64,000 nt of DNA. Source: an uncultured Candidatus Micrarchaeota archaeon (lineage in GTDB: Archaea; Micrarchaeota; Micrarchaeia; Anstonellales; Bilamarchaeaceae). The translations under genes and the position numbers were made by a program. The notes under the pieces are model-generated. The model was not told the origin of the DNA. It worked only from the letters and a program-made list of their open reading frames with translations, and made no database searches. Each line of letters begins with the position of its first letter. Position 1 is the first letter of the stretch. The stretch covers positions 1,472,001 through 1,536,000 of the forward strand of contig OY970229.1 in NCBI GenBank assembly GCA_963714085.1, read 5' to 3'. Below, one piece after another: positions 48,801 to 58,738 of this stretch.

Positions 48801-51800
48801 ATGGCAATCACGAAGATACGGAAAAGGGATGGAACTGTAGTCGACTTCGACAAGGAAAAGATCGTCAACGCCATATTCAAGTCCGCGCAGGCGGTCGGCG
48901 GCTCGGACCGCGAGGAGTCCGCGAGGGTCGCGGACCACGCCATCGAGCTTCTGGGGCAGAAGTTCAAGGAGGATTACACCCCCACGGTGGAAGACGTCCA
49001 GGATATCGTTGAGAAGGCGCTCATAGACACCGGCCATGCGACGACCGCGAAATCCTACATCTTATACAGGCACAGGAAGACGGTGGAGAGGGAGGCCAAG
49101 CGCGTCCTCGGAGTCAAGGACGACCTCAAGCTCCCGCTCAACTCCGTGCAGGTGCTCGAGAGGAGATACCTGCTCAAGGACGACGAGGGCAAGGTCATAG
49201 AGACGCCCAGCCAGCTCTTCAGGAGGGTCGCGGACTTCATCGCTTCCAACGAGAAGCGCTACGAGGCGGACGCCAAGACCGAGAAATTCTACGCCGACGC
49301 GTTCTACGAGATAATGACGACATTCGAGTTCCTGCCCAACTCGCCCACATTGATGAATGCGGGCACGGGGCTCGGACAATTATCTGCATGCTTCGTGCTC
49401 CCTGTGAAGGACGACATCGAGCAGATATTCGATTCCGTGAAGCACGCGGCGATCATTCACAAGACCGGCGGCGGGTGCATACTGAAGGGCTCGCGGGTCT
49501 ACTCGACGTTCTGCGGGTCCGAGGCCATAGACCGGCTGTACGATTCCTTTGATTCAGGTTCCAACGTGATACCGGAGAACGGGGCCTTCTACATTGACAT
49601 CAGCGATGAAAGCATCCGCGTCCCGTCGTTCGACAAGTCCACCGGCTCCATGGCTTTCGTGCCGGTGCAGAAGATATGGAAGTACATCCTGCCATCCGAG
49701 AAGACATTCACGATGAAAGCAGTAGGCGGCTACCATGCGACAACGAGCGAGTGGCACCCGTTCTTCGTATTCGAGAACGGCGCGATAATGGAGAGGAGGG
49801 CGGACGAACTGAAAGCCGGCGACCTGCTCATCACGTCCAACCCGACGCTCAAGGACGCCTGGGCATACTCCAAGAACCATGTTATGGAGGGGATCGAGCT
49901 CGACGAGGATCTCGCATGGCTCGCAGGCATATTCTCGACCGACGGCTCGCTCGACGAGATACGGCAGGGGCCGAGATTCAGGGTGTTCTCCGCAGACCAG
50001 GCTATAATCGACCGCGCGCTGGACATAGTGGAGAAAAAAACCGGGAAACGCTACGCAGTGGAGACGGATTACCGCTCGAAAAACCCGGTCATGCGCATAA
50101 CCGCCTACGATAAGGCTCTCATGGCGGCCTTGAAGAGGCTGAACCGCGGGATCACCGGCAACAAGACGCGGACCGTCAGGATCCCGGCCGAGGTCTTCAA
50201 ATCCCCGCTGCCGATCATCGGCGCCTATCTCGGGGGAGTGATAGACGGGGACGGGCATATCCAGAAGAGCAAGCCCCAGATGGAGATTTCCGGAGCAAGC
50301 AAGGAATTCATGGAGGACCTGTGTTCCCTCTTCTCCTTGTTCGGGATCAAGAGCCGGTACAGGAGGAGAGTCGATCCCAGGAATCCGGATTGGGTCGAGA
50401 TGTACGAGGTCAGCGTGAGCGGGCAGATAAGCCTGAAGAGGCTGGCGGACCTGGTCCTGCCCTACATCGTCCTCGAGCGGAAGCGCTCGCGGCTGGAGGC
50501 GTATATGAAGAAAACACATTCCTCGAGCCCGGCTAACCTGGATTTCGCCCTGATAGAGCCAATCCTGAACGAGGCCGGCATCGACACCAAGAACACGGAG
50601 ATATGGCGCAAAAGCGTGAAAGTCGGGAGCCTTAAGATATTCCTCGCGCGCTGGAAGAAGAAGGGAAAGGTGAACCAGACGAAAGCGGTCTCGCTGCTCG
50701 AGGAACTGCTGAAGATGGATGTATCCGCGGAATCGAAACAAAAGCTCAACCTGCTCATCAACGTCCTGCCGAGCCTCATGGAAATCAAGTCCGTGACCCG
50801 GAGCCAGGCGGGCGCAGAGCTCGAGTTCTACGATTTCACGGTCCCCGGGACGCAGAACTACCTGGCAGGGAACATGGGGTTGTCTATAATACATAACACC
50901 GGGTTCTGCTTCTCCTACCTCAGGCCGAAAGGGGATTACGTGAAGAGTACCGCCGGCGTCGCGTCCGGGCCGCTGTCCTTCATGAGCGCGTTCGACAACG
51001 CGACCAACGTGATAAAACAGGGAGGATGCGTATCCTCCGATTCCCTTGTCAGGACCACCAAAGGGGTGATGGCCCTGAAAAGATTCCTGAATTGCCCGAA
51101 GATGGGTGACGCTCCGGCGGATGCCCTCGTATTCACCAACGGAAGTTTCAGCAATGCGTATCTCGCCGAGGACAACGGACTTTCGGAAGTGGAAGTCATC
51201 ACGACCGAAATCGGCACCGAATTGAAGGCGACTTACAACCACTCCGTATGCGTAGTGGACGCTGACGGGAAATTCGCATGGAAAGAAGTTTCCCAGTTGA
51301 AGAAAGATGATTGGGTCGTCCATGTGCTCGGAGGCCATTGCGGGATGGACCAACCGCTCCCCAAAGCGGATTTCAAGCTCCACTTCAACGCGAACAAAGT
51401 CCGCATACCCAAGAAAATGTCTCCGGACCTTGCGGAATTGCTCGGCATGTACGTGGCCAACGGCTGCATCAGCGGAAACAGGATTATCTTTGCTGTCGAG
51501 AAAAAGGACAAGCAGCTAATCATGAGGCTAAAAACCCTGATGGCCGGCCTTTTCAACCTGACCTTCTGCAGGATGGAGGAGAAGGAGAATGACGCATCCT
51601 ATTGCATGGTCTTCTATTCGAAAGAGCTGGCTAAGTACTTCGGCAGTGCGGGCTGGAAGAAAAACGGCGCAAAGGACGCTTTCATACCGGACGTAATCTT
51701 CGAATCGTCCGAACAAAGCGCGAGGGCGTTCCTGAAAGGGCTGTTCGAGGGAGACGGTGACGTCCACAGCGACGGCTATCCAAGGCTCTACTCAATCTCC

Positions 51801-54707
51801 GAAAGATTGATAAAACAGGTGCAGCAGCTCCTTTTCGGCCTTGGTATAGTGTCCACCTGGCACAGCTATGACCATCCGGAGAACCGGTTCGGAAAGACTC
51901 CGATATGCCACCTGATGGTCATCCAGCAGGACAGCATGGAAAAATTCTCCAGGGACATCGGATTCATAACCTCGAGGAAGAACAACCTGCTCTCTTCGAG
52001 GAAAAAAGCAAGGGCGTTCGAATACTTCGACGTGATCCCAAACCAGGAAAAACTGCTCAGGTCCTTGTACCGCGGACCCGGGAGGGGATGCGCAAAAGGG
52101 AAGAAAAGCAAAGGGGCGGACCGGGTTTTCTACAAGGCGCTCCAGCACTACTTGGGTGGCGTTTCGACCGTGACAAAAAGGAATCTCACGCGGATGAGGC
52201 TGAAATCCCTGATGGCGCGGTTCGAACAGCTCAGATGCGAGCAGCTTGAGAAGGTCTGCAACGAGCAGTATTTCTATTCGAGGGTCAAGGAAATCACCCA
52301 CGCCAAGGATTACACCATGGACATCATGGTCCCAGGTTCGGAGAAGTTCGTGGCGAACAGCATGCTCGTGCATAATAAAAGGCGCGGGGCGAACATGGGC
52401 GTGCTCCATGTCTGGCATCCTGACATAGAGGAGTTCATAACCGCGAAGCAGACCAGCGGCGTGCTGGAGAACTTCAACGTCAGCGTCGCGATAGACGACA
52501 AGTTCATGAAGGCTGTGGAGAGCGACGGCGAATACGAGCTCATAAACCCGAGGAACAGCAAGGTGGTGCGCAAGGTGAGCGCCAGGAGCATATTCAAGCT
52601 CATCGCGTACTCAGCATGGAAGTCCGCGGAGCCGGGGCTGCTCTTCATAGACGAGATAAACAGGCGCAACCCGACGCCGAAATACCCGATAAACTCGACC
52701 AACCCGTGCGTGGTCGGAGACACCATCGTGACGACCAGCGAGGGGCTGATCGAGATACCGAAAGTCCACAACCCCCACTGGGTGCTCGGCCATGACGGCG
52801 GATACCACCCGGTCAGGTGGGCGGGAGAAACTGGCGAGAAAGAGGTGTTCCTGGTGCGGACCGAGGCCGGTTACGAGGCCAAGGCCACGGCGGACCACAT
52901 GTTCCTCACCACGAAAGGATGGAAGCAGGTGCGCGAGCTTACTAAGAAGGACAGGCTGGTGGTCCAGAAAGAGGGCGCGTTCGGGAACGGGCACATCGAC
53001 AAGCAGATGGCGCTCATGCTCGGGTGGCTGGTCGGGGACGGCACGCTGACCAAGGGCGCCCAGGACGCGATATTCTATTTCGGCGCGCAAGAGAAGGAGG
53101 AGATGCTCCCGCTGTTCAAGTCCTATCTGGACAAGCTGAACGGCTCGGCAGTCAGGCCCATAAAGGACAAGACCGAGACCAGGCTCAAATACTCCTCGAA
53201 GATAGCCGCGAGGTTCCAGGATCTCGGCGTGAAGCCGGTGAAAGCCGAAAACAAGGAAGTCCCCGCCTCGGTATTCACCATGGACCGCGAGACCGTCGCG
53301 TTGTTCCTGTCCGCGTTGTTCGGGGCGGACGGTTCGGTGCAGGGGAGCAAGGAGAAAGGGATAAGCATAAGGCTCGCCTCGAACTCCTCAAGGCTGCTCA
53401 AGCAGGTCCAGGTCCTGCTGCTCCAGTTCGGGATAGTATCCAAGGTCTACGAGAACAGGAGGAACGCGCACGTGAAGATGATGCCGGATTCCGACAGGCA
53501 GATGAAGGCATACTCGTGCAAGGCGCAGCACGAGCTGATAATCTCCCGCGAGAGCATGTTCAGGTTCATGCAGAAGATAGGATTCTGCATAGCTGCGAAG
53601 AACGAGAAGTTCGCGAGGCTCAAGCCCAAGGAGATATATTCCGATGACATCGACCTGTCCGTCAAATCCGTGGAGAAAGCCGGAGTCGCGAAGGTCTACG
53701 ACCTGACCGAGCCCACGACCCATTCGTTCTCAGCGAACGGGCTCATGGTGCACAACTGCGGCGAGGTCCCGATGCCGGACTACGAGTCCTGCAACCTCGG
53801 TTCCATAAATCTGGTGTGCTTCGTGGACTTCGACTGGTCCAAGACCCAGTGGAAAAAGAAGGTGGACTGGAAGCGGATGCGCTACGTCATCCGGCTCGCG
53901 GTCCAGTTCCTCGACAACGTCATAGACCTCAACAACTACCCGATCCCCCAGATAAAGGAGCACACCATCCACCACCGGAGGATCGGCCTCGGCATAATGG
54001 GCTTCTCCAAGATGCTCGCCAAGATAGGCGTGCGCTACGACAGCCCCGAGGCGCTGGAGGTGGCGGAGGAGACCATGAAGTTCGTGACGGACGAGGCCAT
54101 GAAGATGTCCCACGAGCTCGGCCGCGCGCGCGGCTCGTTCCCAGGATTCGCGGAGAGCACCTGGGCAGGCAAGTACGACGCGCTGCGCAACGCGACCGTG
54201 ACTTCCATAGCGCCCACGGGCACGATCTCCATGATAGCCGACTCCTCCAGCGGCATAGAGCCGATGTTCGCATTGTCCTACATAAAGACCGTGATGGACG
54301 GCACCAAGCTCTACTACTCGGACGACGTGTTCGAGCACGTGCTGAAGGTCCGCGGATTGTACTCCCCTGAGCTCATGCAGGACGTCATAGACAACGGCAC
54401 TGTGCAGGGCATGGACAGCATACCCAAGGAGATACAGAACGTTTTCGTTGTGGCCCACGACATACCGTCCGACCGCCACGTGATGATACAGGCCGCGTTC
54501 CAGCGCCACACGGACCTCGCGGTGAGCAAGACCATAAACATGCCGGCCGAGGCGACCGTGGAGGACGTCGAGCGCGCTTACATGCTCGCCTGGAAGGAGG
54601 GCTGCAAGGGCATCACGATATATCGGGACGGCAGCAGGGGCGAGGGCGTGCTGACCAAGAGGAAGAAGGAGAAGGCGGACCCCCCGAAGGAGCCGATGGA
54701 GGGATAA
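48801..54707 (+). CDS. nrdJ: Class II (B12) ribonucleotide reductase with ATP cone and three inteins
   Basis: IRKRDG ATP cone, PNSPTLMNAG, LSACFV, RRGANM, TNP|CGE, CNLGSINL, IAPTGTIS, KGITIYRDGS. Confidence 0.97.
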   Translation: MAITKIRKRDGTVVDFDKEKIVNAIFKSAQAVGGSDREESARVADHAIELLGQKFKEDYTPTVEDVQDIVEKALIDTGHATTAKSYILYRHRKTVEREAKRVLGVKDDLKLPLNSVQVLERRYLLKDDEGKVIETPSQLFRRVADFIASNEKRYEADAKTEKFYADAFYEIMTTFEFLPNSPTLMNAGTGLGQLSACFVLPVKDDIEQIFDSVKHAAIIHKTGGGCILKGSRVYSTFCGSEAIDRLYDSFDSGSNVIPENGAFYIDISDESIRVPSFDKSTGSMAFVPVQKIWKYILPSEKTFTMKAVGGYHATTSEWHPFFVFENGAIMERRADELKAGDLLITSNPTLKDAWAYSKNHVMEGIELDEDLAWLAGIFSTDGSLDEIRQGPRFRVFSADQAIIDRALDIVEKKTGKRYAVETDYRSKNPVMRITAYDKALMAALKRLNRGITGNKTRTVRIPAEVFKSPLPIIGAYLGGVIDGDGHIQKSKPQMEISGASKEFMEDLCSLFSLFGIKSRYRRRVDPRNPDWVEMYEVSVSGQISLKRLADLVLPYIVLERKRSRLEAYMKKTHSSSPANLDFALIEPILNEAGIDTKNTEIWRKSVKVGSLKIFLARWKKKGKVNQTKAVSLLEELLKMDVSAESKQKLNLLINVLPSLMEIKSVTRSQAGAELEFYDFTVPGTQNYLAGNMGLSIIHNTGFCFSYLRPKGDYVKSTAGVASGPLSFMSAFDNATNVIKQGGCVSSDSLVRTTKGVMALKRFLNCPKMGDAPADALVFTNGSFSNAYLAEDNGLSEVEVITTEIGTELKATYNHSVCVVDADGKFAWKEVSQLKKDDWVVHVLGGHCGMDQPLPKADFKLHFNANKVRIPKKMSPDLAELLGMYVANGCISGNRIIFAVEKKDKQLIMRLKTLMAGLFNLTFCRMEEKENDASYCMVFYSKELAKYFGSAGWKKNGAKDAFIPDVIFESSEQSARAFLKGLFEGDGDVHSDGYPRLYSISERLIKQVQQLLFGLGIVSTWHSYDHPENRFGKTPICHLMVIQQDSMEKFSRDIGFITSRKNNLLSSRKKARAFEYFDVIPNQEKLLRSLYRGPGRGCAKGKKSKGADRVFYKALQHYLGGVSTVTKRNLTRMRLKSLMARFEQLRCEQLEKVCNEQYFYSRVKEITHAKDYTMDIMVPGSEKFVANSMLVHNKRRGANMGVLHVWHPDIEEFITAKQTSGVLENFNVSVAIDDKFMKAVESDGEYELINPRNSKVVRKVSARSIFKLIAYSAWKSAEPGLLFIDEINRRNPTPKYPINSTNPCVVGDTIVTTSEGLIEIPKVHNPHWVLGHDGGYHPVRWAGETGEKEVFLVRTEAGYEAKATADHMFLTTKGWKQVRELTKKDRLVVQKEGAFGNGHIDKQMALMLGWLVGDGTLTKGAQDAIFYFGAQEKEEMLPLFKSYLDKLNGSAVRPIKDKTETRLKYSSKIAARFQDLGVKPVKAENKEVPASVFTMDRETVALFLSALFGADGSVQGSKEKGISIRLASNSSRLLKQVQVLLLQFGIVSKVYENRRNAHVKMMPDSDRQMKAYSCKAQHELIISRESMFRFMQKIGFCIAAKNEKFARLKPKEIYSDDIDLSVKSVEKAGVAKVYDLTEPTTHSFSANGLMVHNCGEVPMPDYESCNLGSINLVCFVDFDWSKTQWKKKVDWKRMRYVIRLAVQFLDNVIDLNNYPIPQIKEHTIHHRRIGLGIMGFSKMLAKIGVRYDSPEALEVAEETMKFVTDEAMKMSHELGRARGSFPGFAESTWAGKYDALRNATVTSIAPTGTISMIADSSSGIEPMFALSYIKTVMDGTKLYYSDDVFEHVLKVRGLYSPELMQDVIDNGTVQGMDSIPKEIQNVFVVAHDIPSDRHVMIQAAFQRHTDLAVSKTINMPAEATVEDVERAYMLAWKEGCKGITIYRDGSRGEGVLTKRKKEKADPPKEPMEG
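49476..50897 (+). mobile_element. Intein 1 (474 aa) with LAGLIDADG endonuclease
   Basis: GGG|CILKGS...IIHN|TGF; LAGIFSTDG, LGGVIDGDG. Confidence 0.93.
51027..52376 (+). mobile_element. Intein 2 (450 aa), atypical +1 Lys
   Basis: KQGG|CVSSDS...TYNH...MLVHN|KRRGA; LLGMYVANG, LKGLFEGDG. Confidence 0.9.
52707..53756 (+). mobile_element. Intein 3 (350 aa) at the thiyl-radical Cys
   Basis: TNP|CVVGDT...TADH...MVHN|CGE; LGWLVGDG, LFGADG. Confidence 0.94.
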
Positions 54708-54757
54708 GGAAAGGGTTTTAACAGATGTAATCCCATATTATCATGAGAGGTTTTACC

Positions 54758-55870
54758 ATGAAAACAACAGTAAGCATAATCAAGGCAGATGTCGGCGGCT
54801 ATCCGGGCCATTCCACAGTGCATCCGGAGCTCATGAAGAAGGCCGAAGACGAGCTTGAGATCGCCAAGAAGCAGGGCGAGATAAACGACTATTTCGTGGG
54901 CAGGTGCGGCGACGACCTCGAGCTCATCATGTCCCACACGAAGGGAGTGGACAACAAGACCGTGCACAAGCTCGCATGGGACACGTTCGTCTCGTGCACC
55001 GAGATCGCGAAGAAGCTCAAGCTCTACGGCGCGGGGCAGGACCTGCTCGCGGACAGCTTCTCGGGCAATGTCAAGGGCATGGGGCCCGGAAGCGCGGAGA
55101 TCGAGTTCGAGGAGCGCAAGTCCGAGCCGCTGGTGTGCTTCCTCATGGACAAGACCGAGCCCGGCGCCTTCAACCTGCCGATCTTCAAGATGTTCGGGGA
55201 CCCGTTCAACACCGCCGGCCTGGTCATAGACAAGGGCCTGCACCACGGGTTCACCTTCGAGGTCTACGACATCATGGACAACAAGAAGGTCACGCTCAAC
55301 ACGCCCGAGGAGGTCTACGACCTGCTGGCGCTCATCGGGGGAAAAAGCCGCTACGTGATTAAGCGGGTCTATCCGCGCAAGGGCAGCCCGGTCTCCGAGA
55401 AGGAGGCGGTGGCGTGCATCAGCACGGACAAGCTCTCGAAGATAGCGGGCACCTACGTGGGCAAGGACGACCCCGTGGCGATGGTGCGCTGCCAGTCCGG
55501 GCTTCCGGCACTGGGCGAGGTCCTCGAGCCCTGGTCGTTCCCGCACCTGGTCTCCGGATGGATGCGCGGCTCGCACAATGGCCCCATAATGCCGGTCGCG
55601 ATGGAGAACTCAAACCCGTCCAGGTTCGACGGCCCGCCGAGGGTCGTGGCGCTGGGTTTCCAGGTGGCGGATGGGATGCTCGGTAAGCCGGTCGACCTGT
55701 TCAGGGACGTCGCGTTCGACAACGCGAGGAGAAAAGCGCTCAAGATCGCGGATTACATGAGGCAGCACGGCCCGTTCGAGCCGCACCGCCTGCCTTCCGA
55801 GGACATGGAGTACACGACGCTGCCCGCGGTGCTGGACAAGCTCAAGGGAAGATTCGCGGCCATGGACTGA
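54758..55870 (+). CDS. fbp: Bifunctional fructose-1,6-bisphosphate aldolase/phosphatase (class V)
   Basis: IKADVGG.PGH, YGAGQDLL, DKTEPGAFN, YVGKDDP, GWMRGSH, RFDGPP. Confidence 0.96.
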   Translation: MKTTVSIIKADVGGYPGHSTVHPELMKKAEDELEIAKKQGEINDYFVGRCGDDLELIMSHTKGVDNKTVHKLAWDTFVSCTEIAKKLKLYGAGQDLLADSFSGNVKGMGPGSAEIEFEERKSEPLVCFLMDKTEPGAFNLPIFKMFGDPFNTAGLVIDKGLHHGFTFEVYDIMDNKKVTLNTPEEVYDLLALIGGKSRYVIKRVYPRKGSPVSEKEAVACISTDKLSKIAGTYVGKDDPVAMVRCQSGLPALGEVLEPWSFPHLVSGWMRGSHNGPIMPVAMENSNPSRFDGPPRVVALGFQVADGMLGKPVDLFRDVAFDNARRKALKIADYMRQHGPFEPHRLPSEDMEYTTLPAVLDKLKGRFAAMD

Positions 55871-55874
55871 TGGC

Positions 55875-56345
55875 ATGGATGCCCATCTCACCCTTCTCAT
55901 AGTCGTCCTGCTCGTGCTAGTAGGCGTATCGGTCTTCCTTTTCTTCCAGCTCAAGAAGGAGACCGCGAGGATCGAGATGACCAACAGCTCCGGGGGTTCC
56001 GTGTTCGTGGACGCTGAGCTCGCGGACAACGCGGCCAAGCAGGCCCGGGGCCTGATGTTCCGCGGCAGCCTCGGTCAAGACGAAGGCATGCTCTTCATCT
56101 TCAACGACGACGACTACCGCACATTCTGGATGATGAACACCACGATCCCGCTGGACGCCATATTCTTCTCCTCGAACGGCAGCGTGGTGGACGTGATCGC
56201 GATGGCGCCGTGCAAGTCCCTGATCTCCTGCCCGACATACCCATCGTCCGGCAAGGCCAAATACGTCCTGGAGGTCAACCAGGGCTTCGCGCAGAAGAAC
56301 GGGATAGTCGCGGGAAACTCCTCGCTCGTGATACAAGGCTGGTAG
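55875..56345 (+). CDS. DUF192 family protein
   Basis: ARGLMFR, GMLFIF, FWMMNTTIPLD, YVLEVNQG. Confidence 0.92.
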   Translation: MDAHLTLLIVVLLVLVGVSVFLFFQLKKETARIEMTNSSGGSVFVDAELADNAAKQARGLMFRGSLGQDEGMLFIFNDDDYRTFWMMNTTIPLDAIFFSSNGSVVDVIAMAPCKSLISCPTYPSSGKAKYVLEVNQGFAQKNGIVAGNSSLVIQGW

Positions 56346-56370
56346 GGAAAAAGCGGCATATGATCTTATT

Positions 56371-57693
56371 TCAACGGTTTGCTGCCAGATATACGCCGAG
56401 ATAATTTATCGCTGCCGTTGGACCGAACAGTCCAATCTGATTGACAATCGCATGTTCTCTGAACTCTGTAAGCACGGTTTCGGTGCAGTCAGACAGTATC
56501 TTTTCCCAATCTGCATGACTTTCAAGGAACGTCCGTATCTCGGCGTAGGTCGGTTCTGTTCCTGTTGCTCTTCTGAATTGTTCCATGGCCTCTTCGCTGA
56601 AAATCCTTATCCCGCTAGTTACGGCAAACTGCTCTATCTCCCTGACTGTGGTAGTGGAGCAATTTCGTAAAAGCAACAAGCCACAGCGCCAGTCATGGTT
56701 GCGCTCTATGTACCTTTGCAGGTCTGCTAGGGTAGGTACACCCTCCTTCAAGACTTCGATGTTTTTCGGCATCTTTTTTCCAGATGGTTTAGGGTGATGA
56801 TACCCGTGTAGCAAACAATCCAAAGCATTCCCGGCCCTCGCTCCCAAAAAACCGTATACCTCGCCACGCGATCGTTGTAACTCCTTTTGTTTTTCAATTC
56901 CATATCTGCTCGATGCTGCGCCTTCACCGATCCCAAACGTCTGTCCGATTTCCTTAAACGATAAACGTTGTACTTCTCTCAGTCTTACTATATCCTGATT
57001 GCGTTCGCTTCTAGCATTAGCTTGTTCACCCGTGTGGTTCGCTGCCCGTTCTATGCCGAGATACCTCATCGCTGCCTCTCGACCGAACGATCCAATCCGA
57101 TTAACAATCACATGTTCTCTGAACTCTGTAAGCACGGTTTCGGTGCAGCCAGAATCCGACAGCCTCTTTCTCCAATCGGCATGGTTTTCAAGGAACGTCC
57201 GTATCTCGGCGTAGGTCGGTGCTGTTCCTGTCGCCCTTTCGAATTGTCCCAGGGCCTCTTCGCTAAAAATCCTTATCCCATTAGTTGCGGCAAACTGCTC
57301 TATCTCCCTGACCGTGGTAGTTGAGCAATTTCGTAAAAGCAACAAGCCACAGCGCCAGTCATGATTGCGCTCTATGTACCTTTGCAGATCTACTAGGGTA
57401 GGCGCACCCTCCATTAAGGGTTCGATGTTTTTCGGCATCGTTTTTACAGATGGTTTAAGCCGGCAATGCCCGGATAGCAAACAAGACAAGGCATTCCCGG
57501 CATCCCTTCCCAAAAAACCGTATACCTCTCCACGCGATCGTTGGAACTCCTTTCGTTTTTCCTTTTTATACCTTTGCCGTGCTGCCTCTTCACCGATCCC
57601 AAACGTCTGTCCGATTTCTTTAAACGATAAGTGTTGTCTTTCTCTCAGTATTACTACTTTAGCACTAACGGCTTTTGACGCGTCTTCAACCAT
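56371..57693 (-). CDS. Internally duplicated protein: 2 x (sigma region-4-like HTH + alphaCTD-like HhH units)
   Basis: LSFKEIGQTFGIGE twice; RAGNAL...TLADL...LLLLRNCSTTTVREI twice. Confidence 0.65.
   Translation of the reverse strand: MVEDASKAVSAKVVILRERQHLSFKEIGQTFGIGEEAARQRYKKEKRKEFQRSRGEVYGFLGRDAGNALSCLLSGHCRLKPSVKTMPKNIEPLMEGAPTLVDLQRYIERNHDWRCGLLLLRNCSTTTVREIEQFAATNGIRIFSEEALGQFERATGTAPTYAEIRTFLENHADWRKRLSDSGCTETVLTEFREHVIVNRIGSFGREAAMRYLGIERAANHTGEQANARSERNQDIVRLREVQRLSFKEIGQTFGIGEGAASSRYGIEKQKELQRSRGEVYGFLGARAGNALDCLLHGYHHPKPSGKKMPKNIEVLKEGVPTLADLQRYIERNHDWRCGLLLLRNCSTTTVREIEQFAVTSGIRIFSEEAMEQFRRATGTEPTYAEIRTFLESHADWEKILSDCTETVLTEFREHAIVNQIGLFGPTAAINYLGVYLAANR
56451..57650. repeat. 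Intragenic direct repeat, period about 660-666 nt
   Basis: catgttctctgaactctgtaagcacggtttcggtgcag at 56451 and 57111. Confidence 0.92.
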
Positions 57694-57990
57694 GTAAATA
57701 TATATGCACCAACTCCTTTTAAATCTCACTACAAATCTAATCGAATGACGACAATAAGAGGAATAGAACGCTACGGGGCAGGGGGATGGTTATGTTCGGC
57801 CCCAGTAGCGCGTCTCAAAGCGAGACATGTCTCTTATCAACATAGATGTTTAAATATCTTTTCCTGTGTATGTGCGAACGCACATGGAGCTTTCACGACG
57901 TGAGGTATGAGCATATGAACTGTTTAGCAAAAAAAGCCGGTGTAAAACAACATAATCATATTTAAATTGTCTGTTGAACAACATGGTTCT

Positions 57991-58704
57991 ATGCTGTATC
58001 TCATCGGGACCGGGATATCCTTCGACCTCACCCTGGGGGCCGTCGAGGCGCTCAGATCCTGCGACGAGGTCTACCTCGAGAGGTACACCAACCCGATAGC
58101 CGACGCGCACGCGTCCGGTCTCGAGCGCCTCCTTGGGAGGAAGATAACGATCATCGGCAGGGACAAGGTGGAGAGCAGCTTCCTCGTGGGGCGGGCAGCG
58201 GAATGCGACGTCGCGCTCCTGGCATCGGGGGACCCGCTCACCGCGACCACGCACGTCACGCTGCTCCTCGACGCCAGGAAAAAAGGGATCAGGACGAAGG
58301 TGTTCCACAACTCCTCGGTCTACGCCGCCGCCCCCGGGAAAGCCGGGCTGCAGATGTACAAGTTCGGCAGGACCGCCACGCTGGTGAACCCGCGGCCGGG
58401 CTACAAGCCGACCTCCTCGCTGGATGTCATAAGGCAGAACCTGTCCGTCGGGATGCACAGTCTCGTCCTGCTGGACACCGAGCCAGCGCCCATGGAGGCG
58501 CAGTACGCCCTGGGCATGCTCTCCGAGTTCGGCCACGCGGTGGTGCTCTCCCGGCTGGGCGAGGAGGACGAGAAGGTCTCCTACGGGAGGATAAGCGAGC
58601 TCGAGGGCGCCGAGCTCGGGAAGGCGCCGTTCTGCATCATAATACCGGCCAAGCTCCATCCGGTGGAGGAGGAGTACCTGGAGACGCTCGGGAAACGTAT
58701 TTAA
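57991..58704 (+). CDS. dph5: Diphthine synthase
   Basis: MLYLIGTG, YLERYT, GDPLTATTH, GLQMYKFGRTAT, HSLVLLD. Confidence 0.93.
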   Translation: MLYLIGTGISFDLTLGAVEALRSCDEVYLERYTNPIADAHASGLERLLGRKITIIGRDKVESSFLVGRAAECDVALLASGDPLTATTHVTLLLDARKKGIRTKVFHNSSVYAAAPGKAGLQMYKFGRTATLVNPRPGYKPTSSLDVIRQNLSVGMHSLVLLDTEPAPMEAQYALGMLSEFGHAVVLSRLGEEDEKVSYGRISELEGAELGKAPFCIIIPAKLHPVEEEYLETLGKRI

Positions 58705-58738
58705 ACGCAAAACTGAAATTATGCACAGGGGTGAGGAG

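Noticed and set aside
49554..51383. Long antisense ORFs (also 15572-17026, 32602-33840, 7866-9065)
   Set aside because: Typical shadows of GC3-rich genes on the opposite strand
56451..57650. Diversity-generating retroelement TR/VR pair
   Set aside because: The differences are not adenine-specific, both copies are in one ORF, and no reverse transcriptase is present
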